From Candidatus Moraniibacteriota bacterium (GTDB lineage: Bacteria; Patescibacteriota; Minisyncoccia; Moranbacterales; UBA2206), in contig JAUSNP010000003.1 of NCBI GenBank assembly GCA_030645735.1, positions 27,608 to 91,607 of the forward strand: a stretch of DNA of 64,000 nt. Direction: 5' to 3'. The notes under the pieces are model-generated. The model made no database searches. It saw only the letters and a list, made by a program, of their open reading frames with translations, and was not told the DNA's origin. This document shows, in pieces, positions 1 through 10,585 of the stretch (positions are counted from its first letter, which is position 1; each line of letters begins with the position of its first letter). The translations under genes and the position numbers were made by a program.

Positions 1-243
1 TCTGAGAATGCCAAAGAGACCATGCTCCAAAATTCAGATTGCAGAATTTCTTGGCCAAACGCGAAAACAGCCATTGAAAAAACTGCCATTGATGTGCCTA
101 GACCTAGGCGAGAAATCAACAGCTTTTTCCGAATGACCCTATCTTTTTCCGCTTCAACAGCCTGAAAAATCCTACCACTCAATTTTGAGTCAGGACCCAC
201 TTCCGGCAGATTCGCAAATATTGTATGCAAATTTCGGTTCATA
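1..243 (-). CDS. Partial CDS running off the window start. Possible anti-sigma-factor-like membrane protein; only the N-terminus is present (MNRNLHTIFANLPEVGPDSKLSGRIFQAVEAEKDRVIRKKLLISRLGLGTSMAVF...).
   Basis: ATG at 243-241 on the minus strand, open to position 1. A hydrophobic segment follows a charged N-terminus. It lies downstream of the ECF sigma gene on the same strand. No homology claim. Confidence 0.3.
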
Positions 244-376
244 TTAGATAATACGAGCGACCCAAGCATTCAGGCGCAATCTATTGACATTTACTTATTA
301 TGCCCCTATTCTATTGATAATTGTTCTTCGACTAAAAGAGTCAAAAAAACCATCAACTTAGCTGCGAGGTACGATC

Positions 377-685
377 ATGAAAAACATGCTGGAAGAAGCA
401 CGCATGGCATTGGCAAAACTACTCAGAAATCCTGCCAACAATGTTGACGAGATTAGGGTTATTTGCCTCACCAAAAGTCCCAAACGTTGCAAGGAGGGTC
501 ATTGCGCGGCAGCACTTTCGCTTGAGAATGATGTTTACACCTGCGTGACGGGCATCATTCCCAATGCCGATTTCTTGGGCAATACCAAATTTCGCCTTGA
601 AGATGTGCAGGATGTCAGTGGAGATGCAGTGCAAATCCAAACACGCAATCACGGCATCATGCGACTTGAGCCAAAGCCTGCTTGA
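377..685 (+). CDS. Hypothetical protein (102 aa)
   Basis: ORF with a GAGGT about 8 nt upstream of the ATG. No recognisable motif. It could be spurious, since it sits between two minus-strand genes. Confidence 0.3.
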   Translation: MKNMLEEARMALAKLLRNPANNVDEIRVICLTKSPKRCKEGHCAAALSLENDVYTCVTGIIPNADFLGNTKFRLEDVQDVSGDAVQIQTRNHGIMRLEPKPA

Positions 686-744
686 GGCAAAGATGAGCAA
701 GTATTCAAAAAATGAGGTTCGGGCAAAACTGCCCCAACCTTATT

Positions 745-1317
745 TTATTTTCTGTAGGGGTGAAACCCCTGCAGAATTTTCTTCAAATTGGCCAACGCTC
801 GTGCGTGTTGACTTTTGACGGTGTTATAGGATAAATTCAAGATTTCAGCGATTTCTTGGAGGGAAAAGTCATCTTTGTAGCGCATAAGCAGAATAATGCG
901 ATAATTGTCGGGCAATTCTTGCAGTTTCTGATCGAGTTCTTTTTCTAAATCCTGTCTTTGTAGAATTTCATCTGGCAAAGGATTTTCTTCACTGATATTC
1001 TCCAAGGGACTATCCCCTTCGCTATTTTCAAAGAATGAAAAAGGAATGGTTTTTTTCTTTTTCAAAAAGTCATAGGCGGTGTTTTTGGCGATGGCGAAAA
1101 GCCAGGTGCGGAAGTTTTTTTCCGGATCAAATTTGCGAATGTTTTTCCAGACCTTGATGAAAGTTTCCTGCGTCAAGTCATCCAACGAATCACGGTCTTG
1201 AGTAAATTGGTACAAAAAATTATAGATCGATTGCAAATGTCGATTCACCAATTCCTCGAAAGCCTCATCTGATCCATCTAGAAATTCAGCAATCAATTGT
1301 TTATCTTCTTTTTCCAT
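745..1317 (-). CDS. ECF-type (sigma-70 family) RNA polymerase sigma factor
   Basis: Region 2-like LVNRHLQSIYNFLYQFTQDRDSLDDLTQETFIKVW and region 4 HTH SLQEIAEILNLSYNTVKSQHARAL. I take the start at the internal ATG (MEKEDKQL) rather than the extended track ORF (745..1464). Confidence 0.8.
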   Translation of the reverse strand: MEKEDKQLIAEFLDGSDEAFEELVNRHLQSIYNFLYQFTQDRDSLDDLTQETFIKVWKNIRKFDPEKNFRTWLFAIAKNTAYDFLKKKKTIPFSFFENSEGDSPLENISEENPLPDEILQRQDLEKELDQKLQELPDNYRIILLMRYKDDFSLQEIAEILNLSYNTVKSQHARALANLKKILQGFHPYRK

Positions 1318-1381
1318 TTTTATTATTTTGTGCGTGTTCCTAAAGCTGAGCTTTTTGAGAACGCCACGCCAACTCAAAAAG

Positions 1382-2695
1382 CTAAGCTTTTTGCGCAGCA
1401 TAAGTTCCCGCGGCATAGCCTGTACTCCAGCAGACTTGCAGGTTATAACCGCCCGTTGGACCATCCAAATCCAAAATTTCCCCAGCTAAGTATAGATTTT
1501 TAATAATCCGCGATTGCATCGTCTTGGAATCAACTTCGCGAATATCCACGCCGCCACTAGTGATGATGGCTTGGTTATAACCGGTGGTGCCATCAGTGGT
1601 CAGGCGCAAATCTTTCAACAAATCAACTAGCTTCTTGCGCTCGTCTTTGGTCACAAAATTTATTTTCTTTCTTGGGTCGATACCCGACAAAGTGATGATG
1701 GTTGCAATCATTTTTTGTGGCAACAATTCCGGCAAATAATTGATAAAATCTTTATTAATATTTTCCTTGAAATCTTTTTGCAAACGCGCGTCCAATTGAT
1801 CGTGCGTCAAAGCCGGCTTCAAATCAATAGAAACAATCACTTCACCTTTTTTTTCCAACTCGCCAACTTTCTTGCTTAAATCTAACACGATTGGCCCAGT
1901 CAAACCGAAATGCGTAAACATCATTTCACCAAAACGCGAATCTTGCTTTTTGTTGTTTTGAAAAAGATTGATGGCCACATTTTTCAAGCTCAAGCCTTGC
2001 ACGTCCTTGACCCACACTTCTTTGGTTTTCACTGGCACCAAAGCAGGCGCTGTTTCTACAATTTTGTGACCACAATCCTTGGCCCACTGATAACCATCTC
2101 CGGTTGAACCAGTCACCGGATAGGACTTGCCACCAGTACATAAAATGAATTTATCGGCAAAAATGCGTTGATCAGAAGACATGGCTTTTTTCTCAGGAGA
2201 CATATATCCTTTGGTTGCCAATTTCACACTGGCAATTTTGCGTCCTCCAGCCAACGGTGTCACGTCAAAACCATCTACTGACACATTATAAACTATCTTC
2301 ACCCCATTTATTTCTAAATATTTTTCCAACACGCGCAACACATCTTGCGCCTTGTCAGATTTGGGAAACACCCGCCCACCTCTTTCAATTTTGGTCATCA
2401 CGCGCCGATCTTCAAAAAATTTGATCACTTCTTCCGGACCAAAGGCTGCCAAAGAAGAAAACAAAAACTTGCCGTTCTTGCCAAACTTCTTGATAATCTC
2501 TTTGTCATCAAATTCAGCCTGAGTGATATTGCAACGGCCCTTGCCCGTGATCAAAAGCTTCTTGCCGAGACTGGCATTTTTCTCGAGTAGCACTACGCGC
2601 GCGCCCAATTCAGCTGCCCGTCCTGCTGCCATCATGCCCGTAGGCCCACCGCCAATCACGGCCACATCAAATTTGTCTATATTATTTTTTGCCAT
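1382..2695 (-). CDS. HI0933-family FAD-dependent flavoprotein (aminoacetone-oxidase/BaiN-like)
   Basis: N-terminal Rossmann motif VAVIGGGPTGMMAAGRAAELGARVVLLEK, about 437 aa, C-terminal GGYNLQ.CWSTG region typical of the HI0933 family. Confidence 0.8.
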   Translation of the reverse strand: MAKNNIDKFDVAVIGGGPTGMMAAGRAAELGARVVLLEKNASLGKKLLITGKGRCNITQAEFDDKEIIKKFGKNGKFLFSSLAAFGPEEVIKFFEDRRVMTKIERGGRVFPKSDKAQDVLRVLEKYLEINGVKIVYNVSVDGFDVTPLAGGRKIASVKLATKGYMSPEKKAMSSDQRIFADKFILCTGGKSYPVTGSTGDGYQWAKDCGHKIVETAPALVPVKTKEVWVKDVQGLSLKNVAINLFQNNKKQDSRFGEMMFTHFGLTGPIVLDLSKKVGELEKKGEVIVSIDLKPALTHDQLDARLQKDFKENINKDFINYLPELLPQKMIATIITLSGIDPRKKINFVTKDERKKLVDLLKDLRLTTDGTTGYNQAIITSGGVDIREVDSKTMQSRIIKNLYLAGEILDLDGPTGGYNLQVCWSTGYAAGTYAAQKA

Positions 2696-2784
2696 ATTTT
2701 TTCTATGCTTTAATCCTAGCAGGTTAGCTCAAAAAATTCCAATCAAAAAAGCTCCACACGAGGCGGAGCTTTTCTGCTTGAAAA

Positions 2785-2985
2785 CTAGATTCTTGAAACG
2801 TTGATAGCGTTTGGTCCTTTTGGAGACTCGCTAACTTCGAATTCAACTGCATCGCCTTCCTTCAAGTCATTGAATTGCGCACCTTGCAATTCTTTTGCAT
2901 GAAAGAAAAGATCCTTATCACTACCCTCTTGAGTAATGAAACCAAATCCACGGTCAGTCAATCTTTTGATTGTTCCTTGTGCCAT
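2785..2985 (-). CDS. cspA: Cold-shock protein (CspA family)
   Basis: MAQGTIKRLTDRGFGFITQEGSDKDLFFHAKEL carries the RNP1/RNP2 cold-shock-domain motifs. Start taken at the internal ATG, giving 66 aa. Confidence 0.9.
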   Translation of the reverse strand: MAQGTIKRLTDRGFGFITQEGSDKDLFFHAKELQGAQFNDLKEGDAVEFEVSESPKGPNAINVSRI

Positions 2986-3088
2986 TTTGATATAGTACAA
3001 ATTGATTAAATACACATACCGCAATGCAAAGGAAGTTCGACTACGCTACTTGCTGCACGCTACTGTGATTAAGACTAGTATAGCATGC

Positions 3089-4540
3089 CTAGCGCTCCAA
3101 GTCAAGCGTTTCATCAATGTGGATCTGCTCCACAAATTCCGGTACATGGGAGACTAAAATCATGGCACCTTCAAATTTATCCAAAGCTTTGGCAATGACT
3201 GGCAAATGACGGAAGTTGATATGATTAGTTGGTTCGTCTAAAATCAACAATCCAGGCTCCAACAGCACTAATTGCGCAAAGGCCACCAAGCCTTTCTGCC
3301 CTTCTGACAGTGTGCCGATTTTGGCATTGATGATTTCTTTGGTTAGCAAAAAGCCTGAGGCTACAGCCCTCATTTGCTCCTCATTTTCTGAAGGCATGAC
3401 GGAAAAAAGCGATTCGCGCACAGTGTGATCAAAATTCAAAGTCGAAAAATCTTGTCGATAATATCCTACTTTCACGCCCTCAGCAATTTTGGCACCTTTG
3501 GCTTTGCCTAGAGCCAAAGCTTCAATCAAGGTGCTCTTGCCAATGCCGTTGGGGCCAGAGATCAAAAGATGTTGTCTTTTTTTCAAGGAAATGCGCGCTT
3601 CTTTTTCCACAATCTCATGATTTTGCATAATCGAAAAAGATGAGATCTTCAAAATTTCTCCGCCCAAGCCCTCCTGAACTGGAATGGTGAAATCACGAAT
3701 AGCCTTGTCTTCTCGACGCACAGCCACCTTGGCTTCTTCCATGGCCGCCGCCTTGTCGCGCATCTTCTTGGCTACCAATCTCATGCCACCACCTTTGTTG
3801 GCAAAGAAGTTGGCCTTATCCTTGTTGGCTTGAATTTCTTTTTCATACTGCGCGTTTTTTCTTTCATCCTTTTCAATCTTGTCCGCAATTTCTGCCACCA
3901 CTACATAGTAGTCACCAATATATTGATCAATTTTCTTGGTAAAAATATCTAAGTAAATTACGCCATCGGTAAACATATTCAAAAAGTCAGCATCATGTGA
4001 AATCACGATGCAGGTCTTGTGATAGCTCATCAAAAATTGCGTCAGATGTTCAATTCCTGCTTTGTCTAAGTTGTTAGTTGGCTCATCAAGAATCAACAAA
4101 TCCGGATCTTGAATCAAGGCGGAAGCCAAAAGCAGACGCGCTTGTTGCCCACCGGAAAAATCTTTGATCAGCCGATCATGAGGCGCTTTCAAATTCACCA
4201 CTTCCAACACATCATCAATCAAGCGATCAATGTCATATCTTTTTTCAGAAAAACAATTTTCAAAAAATTCTCGCATAGTGAGGGTCATTTGCTCACGCGG
4301 AATCACCTGTTTGGCATAAGCAATGGTCATGTCTGGATCAACAAAAATTGAACCGTCATTCTGCTTAAGTTCGCCCGTAATCATATTGAGAATCGTACTC
4401 TTGCCAGCGCCATTCTGTCCCATCAAGGTCATTTTGGTGCCATGACGCAACGCAAAAGACGCCTCGTCCAAGATTTGCTTGTCACGGCTATATTCGAAAG
4501 ACACCTTATTAAACCGAATAGCTACATTGTCCTTGCCCAT
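3089..4540 (-). CDS. ABC-F family ATPase (two ABC nucleotide-binding domains, no TM domain)
   Basis: Two Walker A motifs (GQNGAGKSTIL and GPNGIGKSTLI), two LSGGQ signatures and Walker B LLILDEPTN repeated twice. Confidence 0.85.
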   Translation of the reverse strand: MGKDNVAIRFNKVSFEYSRDKQILDEASFALRHGTKMTLMGQNGAGKSTILNMITGELKQNDGSIFVDPDMTIAYAKQVIPREQMTLTMREFFENCFSEKRYDIDRLIDDVLEVVNLKAPHDRLIKDFSGGQQARLLLASALIQDPDLLILDEPTNNLDKAGIEHLTQFLMSYHKTCIVISHDADFLNMFTDGVIYLDIFTKKIDQYIGDYYVVVAEIADKIEKDERKNAQYEKEIQANKDKANFFANKGGGMRLVAKKMRDKAAAMEEAKVAVRREDKAIRDFTIPVQEGLGGEILKISSFSIMQNHEIVEKEARISLKKRQHLLISGPNGIGKSTLIEALALGKAKGAKIAEGVKVGYYRQDFSTLNFDHTVRESLFSVMPSENEEQMRAVASGFLLTKEIINAKIGTLSEGQKGLVAFAQLVLLEPGLLILDEPTNHINFRHLPVIAKALDKFEGAMILVSHVPEFVEQIHIDETLDLER

Positions 4541-4612
4541 AACTAAATTTGCTCAATTATTACTGAGCTTCTATCATATACTATATTCTTGAATTTGGGA
4601 AGAGCAAGATTA

Positions 4613-5422
4613 TTATTTCTGAACCACCACCATCGCCTTTTTTAATTTTCCAGTAGGCACCGCCACAGATGCGGATCCGCTAGGATATGCCCAAATGGCA
4701 TTGAAGAAAACATTCTCATCATAGCGATAGCCATCACCTTTGCGTGTACCTGGGTCATTAGTAATGAATTCGCGAGTGGCTGGATCATAACCGATGACCA
4801 CCAGCATATGTTCAATGGGCCCAGGCGCCGTGTAGTTTGGATTGCCCAAAGCTTGGCCGAAGGCTGGCACCATCACCAGCTGGCCATTTCGCAGTGCTTG
4901 TTTGATGTCATCTACAACGATGCTTTCTTTGACTTCAACTGACTGATATTGGAAATATCTTTGAAAAATTTTTGCCACATCAAACACATCCGTATCGGCA
5001 TTATATCCAAAATTAGCATCTTCAAAATCCACGATATCCAATATCTGCTTCCTAGCTGAAAATTGAGAAACATCGTCAATCCCGCGAATCCAATTCATCG
5101 CCATGGCAATGGAAGCTTCTTCACATCCATTTTGAAAAACCGGATTGCTCCAATTGCCAAATGGCGCCTGCACGATAAACGGCACATCCAATTGAATTGT
5201 GTTTTTTATCTCAACTGCTGAAGCCGTCGTTGCAGATTGACTAGATTGAATTGTTTGAATTGGTTGAGCTGGTTGATTATTTGAAGTATCTGGCAACATA
5301 ACCTTGTCAGATGAAATATTGGCTATTGGCGCCATTGGCTTATCTAAAAACATCACTAATAAATAGCCCGCTCCCAATAAGAGCAACGCGACACTCAAAC
5401 TAATTAGCAATTTCTTTTTCAT
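4613..5422 (-). CDS. Secreted or membrane-anchored papain-fold (peptidase C39-like) domain protein
   Basis: N-terminal signal/TM MKKKLLISLSVALLLLGAGYLLV. Candidate Cys (NGCEEASIAMAMNW) and His (IEHMLVVIGYD) arranged as in C39_2-type domains. Start taken at the ATG that gives the signal peptide. Confidence 0.5.
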   Translation of the reverse strand: MKKKLLISLSVALLLLGAGYLLVMFLDKPMAPIANISSDKVMLPDTSNNQPAQPIQTIQSSQSATTASAVEIKNTIQLDVPFIVQAPFGNWSNPVFQNGCEEASIAMAMNWIRGIDDVSQFSARKQILDIVDFEDANFGYNADTDVFDVAKIFQRYFQYQSVEVKESIVVDDIKQALRNGQLVMVPAFGQALGNPNYTAPGPIEHMLVVIGYDPATREFITNDPGTRKGDGYRYDENVFFNAIWAYPSGSASVAVPTGKLKKAMVVVQK

Positions 5423-5513
5423 ATATTCTAAAATAATTGACGCCTGCATTATAGCAAAAAACACTGGCCTATGCCAATGCTTTTGTTTTATTTCTATTTG
5501 ATAACATTAGATT

Positions 5514-6218
5514 CTAATTTAACACTTTTTTGGCATACATATCCACGTCTTGCACCCATTTGTCAGCGGCCGCTTGTCCGCCAGTCACCGAACAGTCAGA
5601 GCCACACTTCCAAACAACCATATCCTTGGCTGATTGCGCATCATTTCTTTCAATGATTTGGTCTATTCTAGTAGCCACGGCATTCACTGCTTCTTTGGGC
5701 GTGTCAAAACAAGTGTGTCCGCCACTGCCCATACGATCTCGTTTCGCTCGGAAGCCCCAATAGTTATAACAATCTTCACCATTTAACACCGGCTTTCTTT
5801 CTCCCCAAGCGCTTTCCTTTTTGGCGATACCGATGATATAAGCCGCTGTCTTTCTGTCCTTTGAAGAAATAAAAGGAATCATTTCTTCAATTGGATGACC
5901 TTTCACCAAAGCCTGCAAATCTTTTCTCAGAATTTCTTTTTTAATTTCTTGCGGATTTTTTTGCTCAACAATCTTCGCTTGGCACAAAATATTATTAGAA
6001 TAATATTGTTTTACCAAAACTACATAGCCAGCAAATATAATTAGACCCACCAAAACTACAATTCGCACTTGGACTTGATTGAGTTTGCCAGGCACAAGGC
6101 TTTGTCTGAAATCCTCAACTACCTGCTTGGCATTTCCAGAAAAATCGCTAAAATAAGCGCTTATTTGAAGTTTCGCCTTTTTGGACAGATTATTCAATTT
6201 TGTTTGTATTTTGTTCAT
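5514..6218 (-). CDS. Membrane-anchored hypothetical protein (N-in, single TM, Cys-containing extracytoplasmic domain)
   Basis: TM segment VRIVVLVGLIIFAGYVVLV. An AAGGA SD precedes the internal ATG (MNKIQTK). No family recognised. Confidence 0.5.
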   Translation of the reverse strand: MNKIQTKLNNLSKKAKLQISAYFSDFSGNAKQVVEDFRQSLVPGKLNQVQVRIVVLVGLIIFAGYVVLVKQYYSNNILCQAKIVEQKNPQEIKKEILRKDLQALVKGHPIEEMIPFISSKDRKTAAYIIGIAKKESAWGERKPVLNGEDCYNYWGFRAKRDRMGSGGHTCFDTPKEAVNAVATRIDQIIERNDAQSAKDMVVWKCGSDCSVTGGQAAADKWVQDVDMYAKKVLN

Positions 6219-6360
6219 TTTTTCCTTTAATTTTGTGGAAAAGTGGCTAGAAAAAAGCAAAAAACGGGTTCACCCGCTTTTTCAAATCTCTAGACCTAAT
6301 ATCCCACTACTATTCTATTATACACCACTTTTCGACAAAAAGCAAGCATTTTTGAATCTG

Positions 6361-7176
6361 CTACTTGAAATAATAAACTAGTAACACAATCATTCCGAGC
6401 ATCAAGCGATACCAGAAAAAAATTCCGTAGCCGAATTTTTCCAAAAATTTTAATAAATATTTGATAGCTAGATAACCAAAAAATGCTGAGGATAAAATTG
6501 CAATTATGATTGTAGAATTAATTCCTCCCTTGATCAGATCGGGCAATTTCAAAATAGCTGCACCAGCGATGATTGGTGTGGATAATAGAAAAGAAAATCT
6601 AGCCGCATTGATTTTGTTTAGTCCACAGAAAAGTCCAGCCGTGATAGTTGTGCCAGAACGAGAAAAGCCAGGAATAATCGCCAAAGCTTGTGAAAGACCA
6701 ATAATAATCGCATCTTTCCAAGTGATGCCAGTCACATCCTTTTGACCTTTAGATTTTTTGTCAGCCCAATATAAGACTGCGCCAGCTACGATCAGGGTGA
6801 CAGCGATTAGTGGCAATGAGCGAAAGATTGTTTCGGCTTTTTTCTCAAACAACAATCCAAAAATCACCGCTGGAACAGTGGCTACAATCAAAAAATATAA
6901 TGTCTCTTTTTTGAAACTACTGCCTCCCTCTTTTTTGAAACCCGCCCAGGCGGAAGATAAGATTTCCAACCAATCTTTCCAAAAGAAAGCCACCACTGCA
7001 ATCAAAGTTCCCAGATGCAAAGCCACATCGAAGGACAAGCCTGGGTCTTCCCAGCCCGTGAAAGCTGGCAACAAAATCAGATGCGCGGTGGAAGAAATCG
7101 GCAAAAACTCGCCGATGCCCTGCACTAGGCCAAAAACTACGGGCTGTATAAAATGTAACATAAAATTGAAAAACAT
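6361..7176 (-). CDS. uppP: Undecaprenyl-diphosphatase (BacA/UppP)
   Basis: GxGEFLPISSTAHLIL and GFSRSGTTITAGL motifs. Polytopic membrane protein of 271 aa. Confidence 0.85.
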   Translation of the reverse strand: MFFNFMLHFIQPVVFGLVQGIGEFLPISSTAHLILLPAFTGWEDPGLSFDVALHLGTLIAVVAFFWKDWLEILSSAWAGFKKEGGSSFKKETLYFLIVATVPAVIFGLLFEKKAETIFRSLPLIAVTLIVAGAVLYWADKKSKGQKDVTGITWKDAIIIGLSQALAIIPGFSRSGTTITAGLFCGLNKINAARFSFLLSTPIIAGAAILKLPDLIKGGINSTIIIAILSSAFFGYLAIKYLLKFLEKFGYGIFFWYRLMLGMIVLLVYYFK

Positions 7177-7291
7177 ACTTATATGCTTATATTATCACAA
7201 TATCCCTATGCTGTCGTTAGCCTATAGATACCCTCGTGGTGTATAATAAACACAGAAATAAATAATCTACAAAAAGAAAGGTGGTGAAATT

Positions 7292-7618
7292 ATGATCAAA
7301 CACAGAAATATTTTCCTAGTTTATATTTTTTCATTTATAACTTTTGGGATCTATGCTCTTTATTGGATGGTTTCTACAAAAAATGAAATCAACCGACTGG
7401 GCGCCAACATTCCAACGGCTTGGCTTTTGATAATCCCAATTGCCAATCTATATTGGGCTTACAAATATTGCGAAGGTTTTGCAAAATTTGTAAAAAAGGA
7501 TGACAACACGATTCTTTGGTTCATCCTATACATCTTGATTGGAATCATCATGCCAGCTATTGTTCAATCCGAACTCAACACTTTGGCTGACGCCGGGGCA
7601 GTTAACACCACCGCATAG
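7292..7618 (+). CDS. Small two-TM membrane protein (DUF4234-like)
   Basis: AAAGGTGGTGA SD 6 nt upstream of the ATG. Two hydrophobic hairpin segments (FGIYALYWMV..., WFILYILIGIIMPAIV). Confidence 0.6.
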   Translation: MIKHRNIFLVYIFSFITFGIYALYWMVSTKNEINRLGANIPTAWLLIIPIANLYWAYKYCEGFAKFVKKDDNTILWFILYILIGIIMPAIVQSELNTLADAGAVNTTA

Positions 7619-7637
7619 AAAAAATTGAATAAAAAAA

Positions 7638-7665
7638 CACGATCCCACAAAGGTCGTGTTTTGTT
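7638..7665 (+). terminator. Rho-independent terminator-like hairpin followed by a T-run
   Basis: acacgatcccacaaaggtcgtgt followed by tttgttttt, immediately after the 7292..7618 CDS. Confidence 0.5.
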
Positions 7666-7732
7666 TTTAGAAATAAAAAAGCTGAACCCAAAAAGAGCTC
7701 AGCCTATGTGCCACGCGAGTTTCCGCGTAGGG

Positions 7733-8170
7733 TCAATTTGGATGTAAAATGATTCCCCATCCAAAAGCAGTGACTACGAAGCTCACTGCGAACCAAATCT
7801 CCATAAAAGGCAACAGGGGAAATGCAGGTGTTCCATTGGGATTATGCAAAACCAATGTTTTAATTTCTATCAGAGCATCTCTCCGCTCCAACTGAGATAC
7901 TGACACCGGATTTTTTTCAATTTTTTCTATTATACTTCTGGAGTACCTCCTTACTTCATTAATCTGTTCATACAGGACACCCTTCTGGTCGCTTTCCTCC
8001 AGACAAACAAGTGCCAAACCAAGCACCTCGTTGACTTCTTCGATGGTCGTGGCATTCTCCACGCGATTCAAATGCCCACTAAACTCTTCGAATGAAATCC
8101 CATAAGGGATCACTGCTGAGCTCATGATTAACGATATTGTTGCGATTATTGCTACAATGTACTTTTTCAT
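7733..8170 (-). CDS. Hypothetical exported protein (N-terminal signal/TM, C-terminal TM)
   Basis: MKKYIVAIIATISLIMSSAV signal-like N-terminus and a C-terminal hydrophobic stretch WFAVSFVVTAFGWGIIL. Confidence 0.5.
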   Translation of the reverse strand: MKKYIVAIIATISLIMSSAVIPYGISFEEFSGHLNRVENATTIEEVNEVLGLALVCLEESDQKGVLYEQINEVRRYSRSIIEKIEKNPVSVSQLERRDALIEIKTLVLHNPNGTPAFPLLPFMEIWFAVSFVVTAFGWGIILHPN

Positions 8171-8437
8171 CTTAATCCTCCTTTTGCAAATTGTAAAAGA
8201 AAAGTGACAGGATGTTAAAATTTGAATTCTTTAACTTTATATGATAGCATATACACGCAATTTAGTCAAGTGATTTTCTCCATTCCAACAAAAAAGGCCT
8301 GAATAAGCCTTTGATTTGACGATACTCTCCCTGCTTGATATGTTTTATAATATAAGTCTTACCCGGATTGAGTTAGATATGCAATTACTGTCAATTTCTA
8401 CACAAAGTTGCTGACTTACAAAACGGCGACTGTTTCG

Positions 8438-9355
8438 TTAGACAGTTTTTTCAAAGCCATATTGAGTTTGTTTTTGCTTGGCGGTTGTCAAAAGAAACAG
8501 CCCAAAAAGACTTGGGATTATAGCGAAAATTTGGACAGTGCTTGGCGCATTCTTCAAAATCATCCAAGCAAAAATAAAAGTGAAAACTGGCGCCAATGAA
8601 TTAAAAGAAATAGTGTGTGTAACAGAAGTTTTTTTAAAACTGAAAAAATTTACCATCTTCATTAGACCTAGAAAGACTAAGCCGCTATACAAAAGATAAG
8701 GTAAGCTTTTTAGGATGACTTCGAATGGAATTGTTTTTTCAAAAATTAGAGAAGCAATGGAAAAAATAATTACTCCAGCTAAACTCCTAATAAACAACAG
8801 GTAGTGGATAGAGACTTGGTGCAGAGCTCTTTTGGCAAAAATATTTCCAATCGGAGCAATTATTACTGCGCAAAACATAAGTAAATCTCCAATATTTATA
8901 GATGTTTGGTGATTGTTAAAAAGAACTACTCCGGCCGCGAAAAGCATAAGCATTGCACCAAAAAGATGCTTACGAGAAACTGGTTCTTTCTTGGCAATCC
9001 AACCGATTATTAGGAAACTAAAAGCTGCTTCAGTCATACTTATAAGCGCTACATTTTGTGGAGAAGTGAGGCTAAGAGCTATATAGTACAAAAGATAATA
9101 TCCAATGGCAATAAACAATGTTGCCATCACTATATCTTTAATGGCTTGGATATTGGTAATATTTTTCTTCCATTCTTTTTTTACTGTTAAAATAATTGCA
9201 AAAAAAATAGTTGCGACAATATAACTCCAAGTGAGAGTACTTAGGGGTAAGAGATGGTTTGTATAGGCAATGACAGTAAGAACAGGAAATAATCCGGAAA
9301 AAATATTTTTTATAAGTAAGATGCCTTCAGCCTGTCTTTTCTCTGAAATAATCAT
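8438..9355 (-). CDS. DMT-superfamily (EamA-like) transporter
   Basis: About 10 predicted TM helices in two similar halves, 305 aa. Confidence 0.7.
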   Translation of the reverse strand: MIISEKRQAEGILLIKNIFSGLFPVLTVIAYTNHLLPLSTLTWSYIVATIFFAIILTVKKEWKKNITNIQAIKDIVMATLFIAIGYYLLYYIALSLTSPQNVALISMTEAAFSFLIIGWIAKKEPVSRKHLFGAMLMLFAAGVVLFNNHQTSINIGDLLMFCAVIIAPIGNIFAKRALHQVSIHYLLFIRSLAGVIIFSIASLIFEKTIPFEVILKSLPYLLYSGLVFLGLMKMVNFFSFKKTSVTHTISFNSLAPVFTFIFAWMILKNAPSTVQIFAIIPSLFGLFLLTTAKQKQTQYGFEKTV

Positions 9356-9513
9356 AAGAAGAATAATTTAATAATCTTACAATATTCTATCACGAAAAGT
9401 TCTGGCAGCATATTAGAGCATACATAAAATAGGCTCTTTTAAGCCTTTTTATTATGTTGCTCCACGAGTTGAAAATACTCAGCAAGGACCGTCCTCGATT
9501 AGACACTCATTTC

Positions 9514-9543
9514 CCCAAAATAAAAAAGTGCAAGGCTCCGCGA
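9514..9543. repeat. Left copy of a 30-bp direct repeat (cccaaaataaaaaagtgcaaggctccgcga). It duplicates the 3' end of tRNA-Asn plus 20 bp of flank.
   Basis: Exact 30/30 match to 10586..10615, with 2-3 more similar bases upstream. Confidence 0.8.
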
Positions 9544-9742
9544 GTTAGAAATAATGCGAACCTATCGGTAAATAATTATCAACAACTTTTATACCAAATT
9601 AGACAATACTCAATCTTACAGTTGAAATCTCGCGTCCTTGCCATTTATGCATAAACCTATTACCATTTATACAAGCAAAGAAAAGAGTTGAGTATAACAT
9701 CTAATTCTTTAGTCATTGCACAAACAACCAAGGGAGGCACCA

Positions 9743-10465
9743 ATGGACTCAAAAGGAACTATTTGGGCAGCACTGGACACGGAGAAGAGGAAGGCATTGG
9801 AAATCGCCAAAGCCATCGCTTCAAACCCAGCAATTTTCGGATTCAAGCTCAATCGTCTGATTGACCAGGAGGTTTTTCGCAAAGACGGAGAAGTGGCTTT
9901 GTTTGAGGAATTGGCAAAGCTTGGTCTTCCGCTTTGGGTTGACCTAAAGCTTCATGACGTTCCCAGAACCGTTGTCGAAAGGCTTATGCCGTACATTCAG
10001 TCGGGGTACGTCCAGTTCGTTACAGTTATGGCCAAGGGTGAAGTCGATATGATGTCCGATGCCGTCAACGCAATGGGAGCCAATGGAAACATTATCGCCG
10101 TCACCGAGCTAACATCGTTGTCCGAGGAGCAGATTCACCTGGGAAGCGGACACCCGTCGAAAGCTTCAGTAATCAACCTCGCTCGCCTTTCCGTACTGGC
10201 CGGAGTCCGCCACATGGTCTGCTCATCCCAAGAGCTTGGGGCACTTAAGGAGCGGAAGGAACTGAGAGTTCTTCAAAAATTTGTACCCGGCATAACACCC
10301 GACTGGAAAGGTAAAAATCAACCGGATCAGAAACGTGTCGGCAGTCCCGCATTCGCATTAAGCGGAGGTGCAAGCAAGGTTGTCATCGGCGGAGCCATTG
10401 TCAATGATGATGATCCCCTGGGTGCAGTCGAAAGAACAGCCGAGGAAATCGAGGCGATCAGCTGA
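9743..10465 (+). CDS. pyrF: Orotidine-5'-phosphate decarboxylase
   Basis: LWVDLKLHDVPRTV (the DxKxxDIPxT catalytic motif) and IIAVTELTSLSEEQ, PGITPDW, VVIGGAIV blocks align with PyrF. GC is about 50%, clearly above the neighbours. A strong AGGGAGG SD precedes the ATG at 9743; the track ORF starts at an upstream TTG at 9716. Confidence 0.8.
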   Translation: MDSKGTIWAALDTEKRKALEIAKAIASNPAIFGFKLNRLIDQEVFRKDGEVALFEELAKLGLPLWVDLKLHDVPRTVVERLMPYIQSGYVQFVTVMAKGEVDMMSDAVNAMGANGNIIAVTELTSLSEEQIHLGSGHPSKASVINLARLSVLAGVRHMVCSSQELGALKERKELRVLQKFVPGITPDWKGKNQPDQKRVGSPAFALSGGASKVVIGGAIVNDDDPLGAVERTAEEIEAIS

Positions 10466-10585
10466 ACCACACCATTTTCAATCACAACAGAAAGCCGAAA
10501 GTTCGCAGTGCGAACCGTAGGCTTTTTTATTTTCTAAAAATATAAATTGCCTAGCAAGGACAATTCTCAACTTAGTGCTATTTTT

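Noticed and set aside
9454-9654. 66-aa ORF spanning the left direct repeat of the tRNA-Asn cassette
   Set aside because: It reads straight through the repeat, which is a duplicated tRNA 3' end plus flank. It has no SD and an unconvincing composition. Most likely non-coding.
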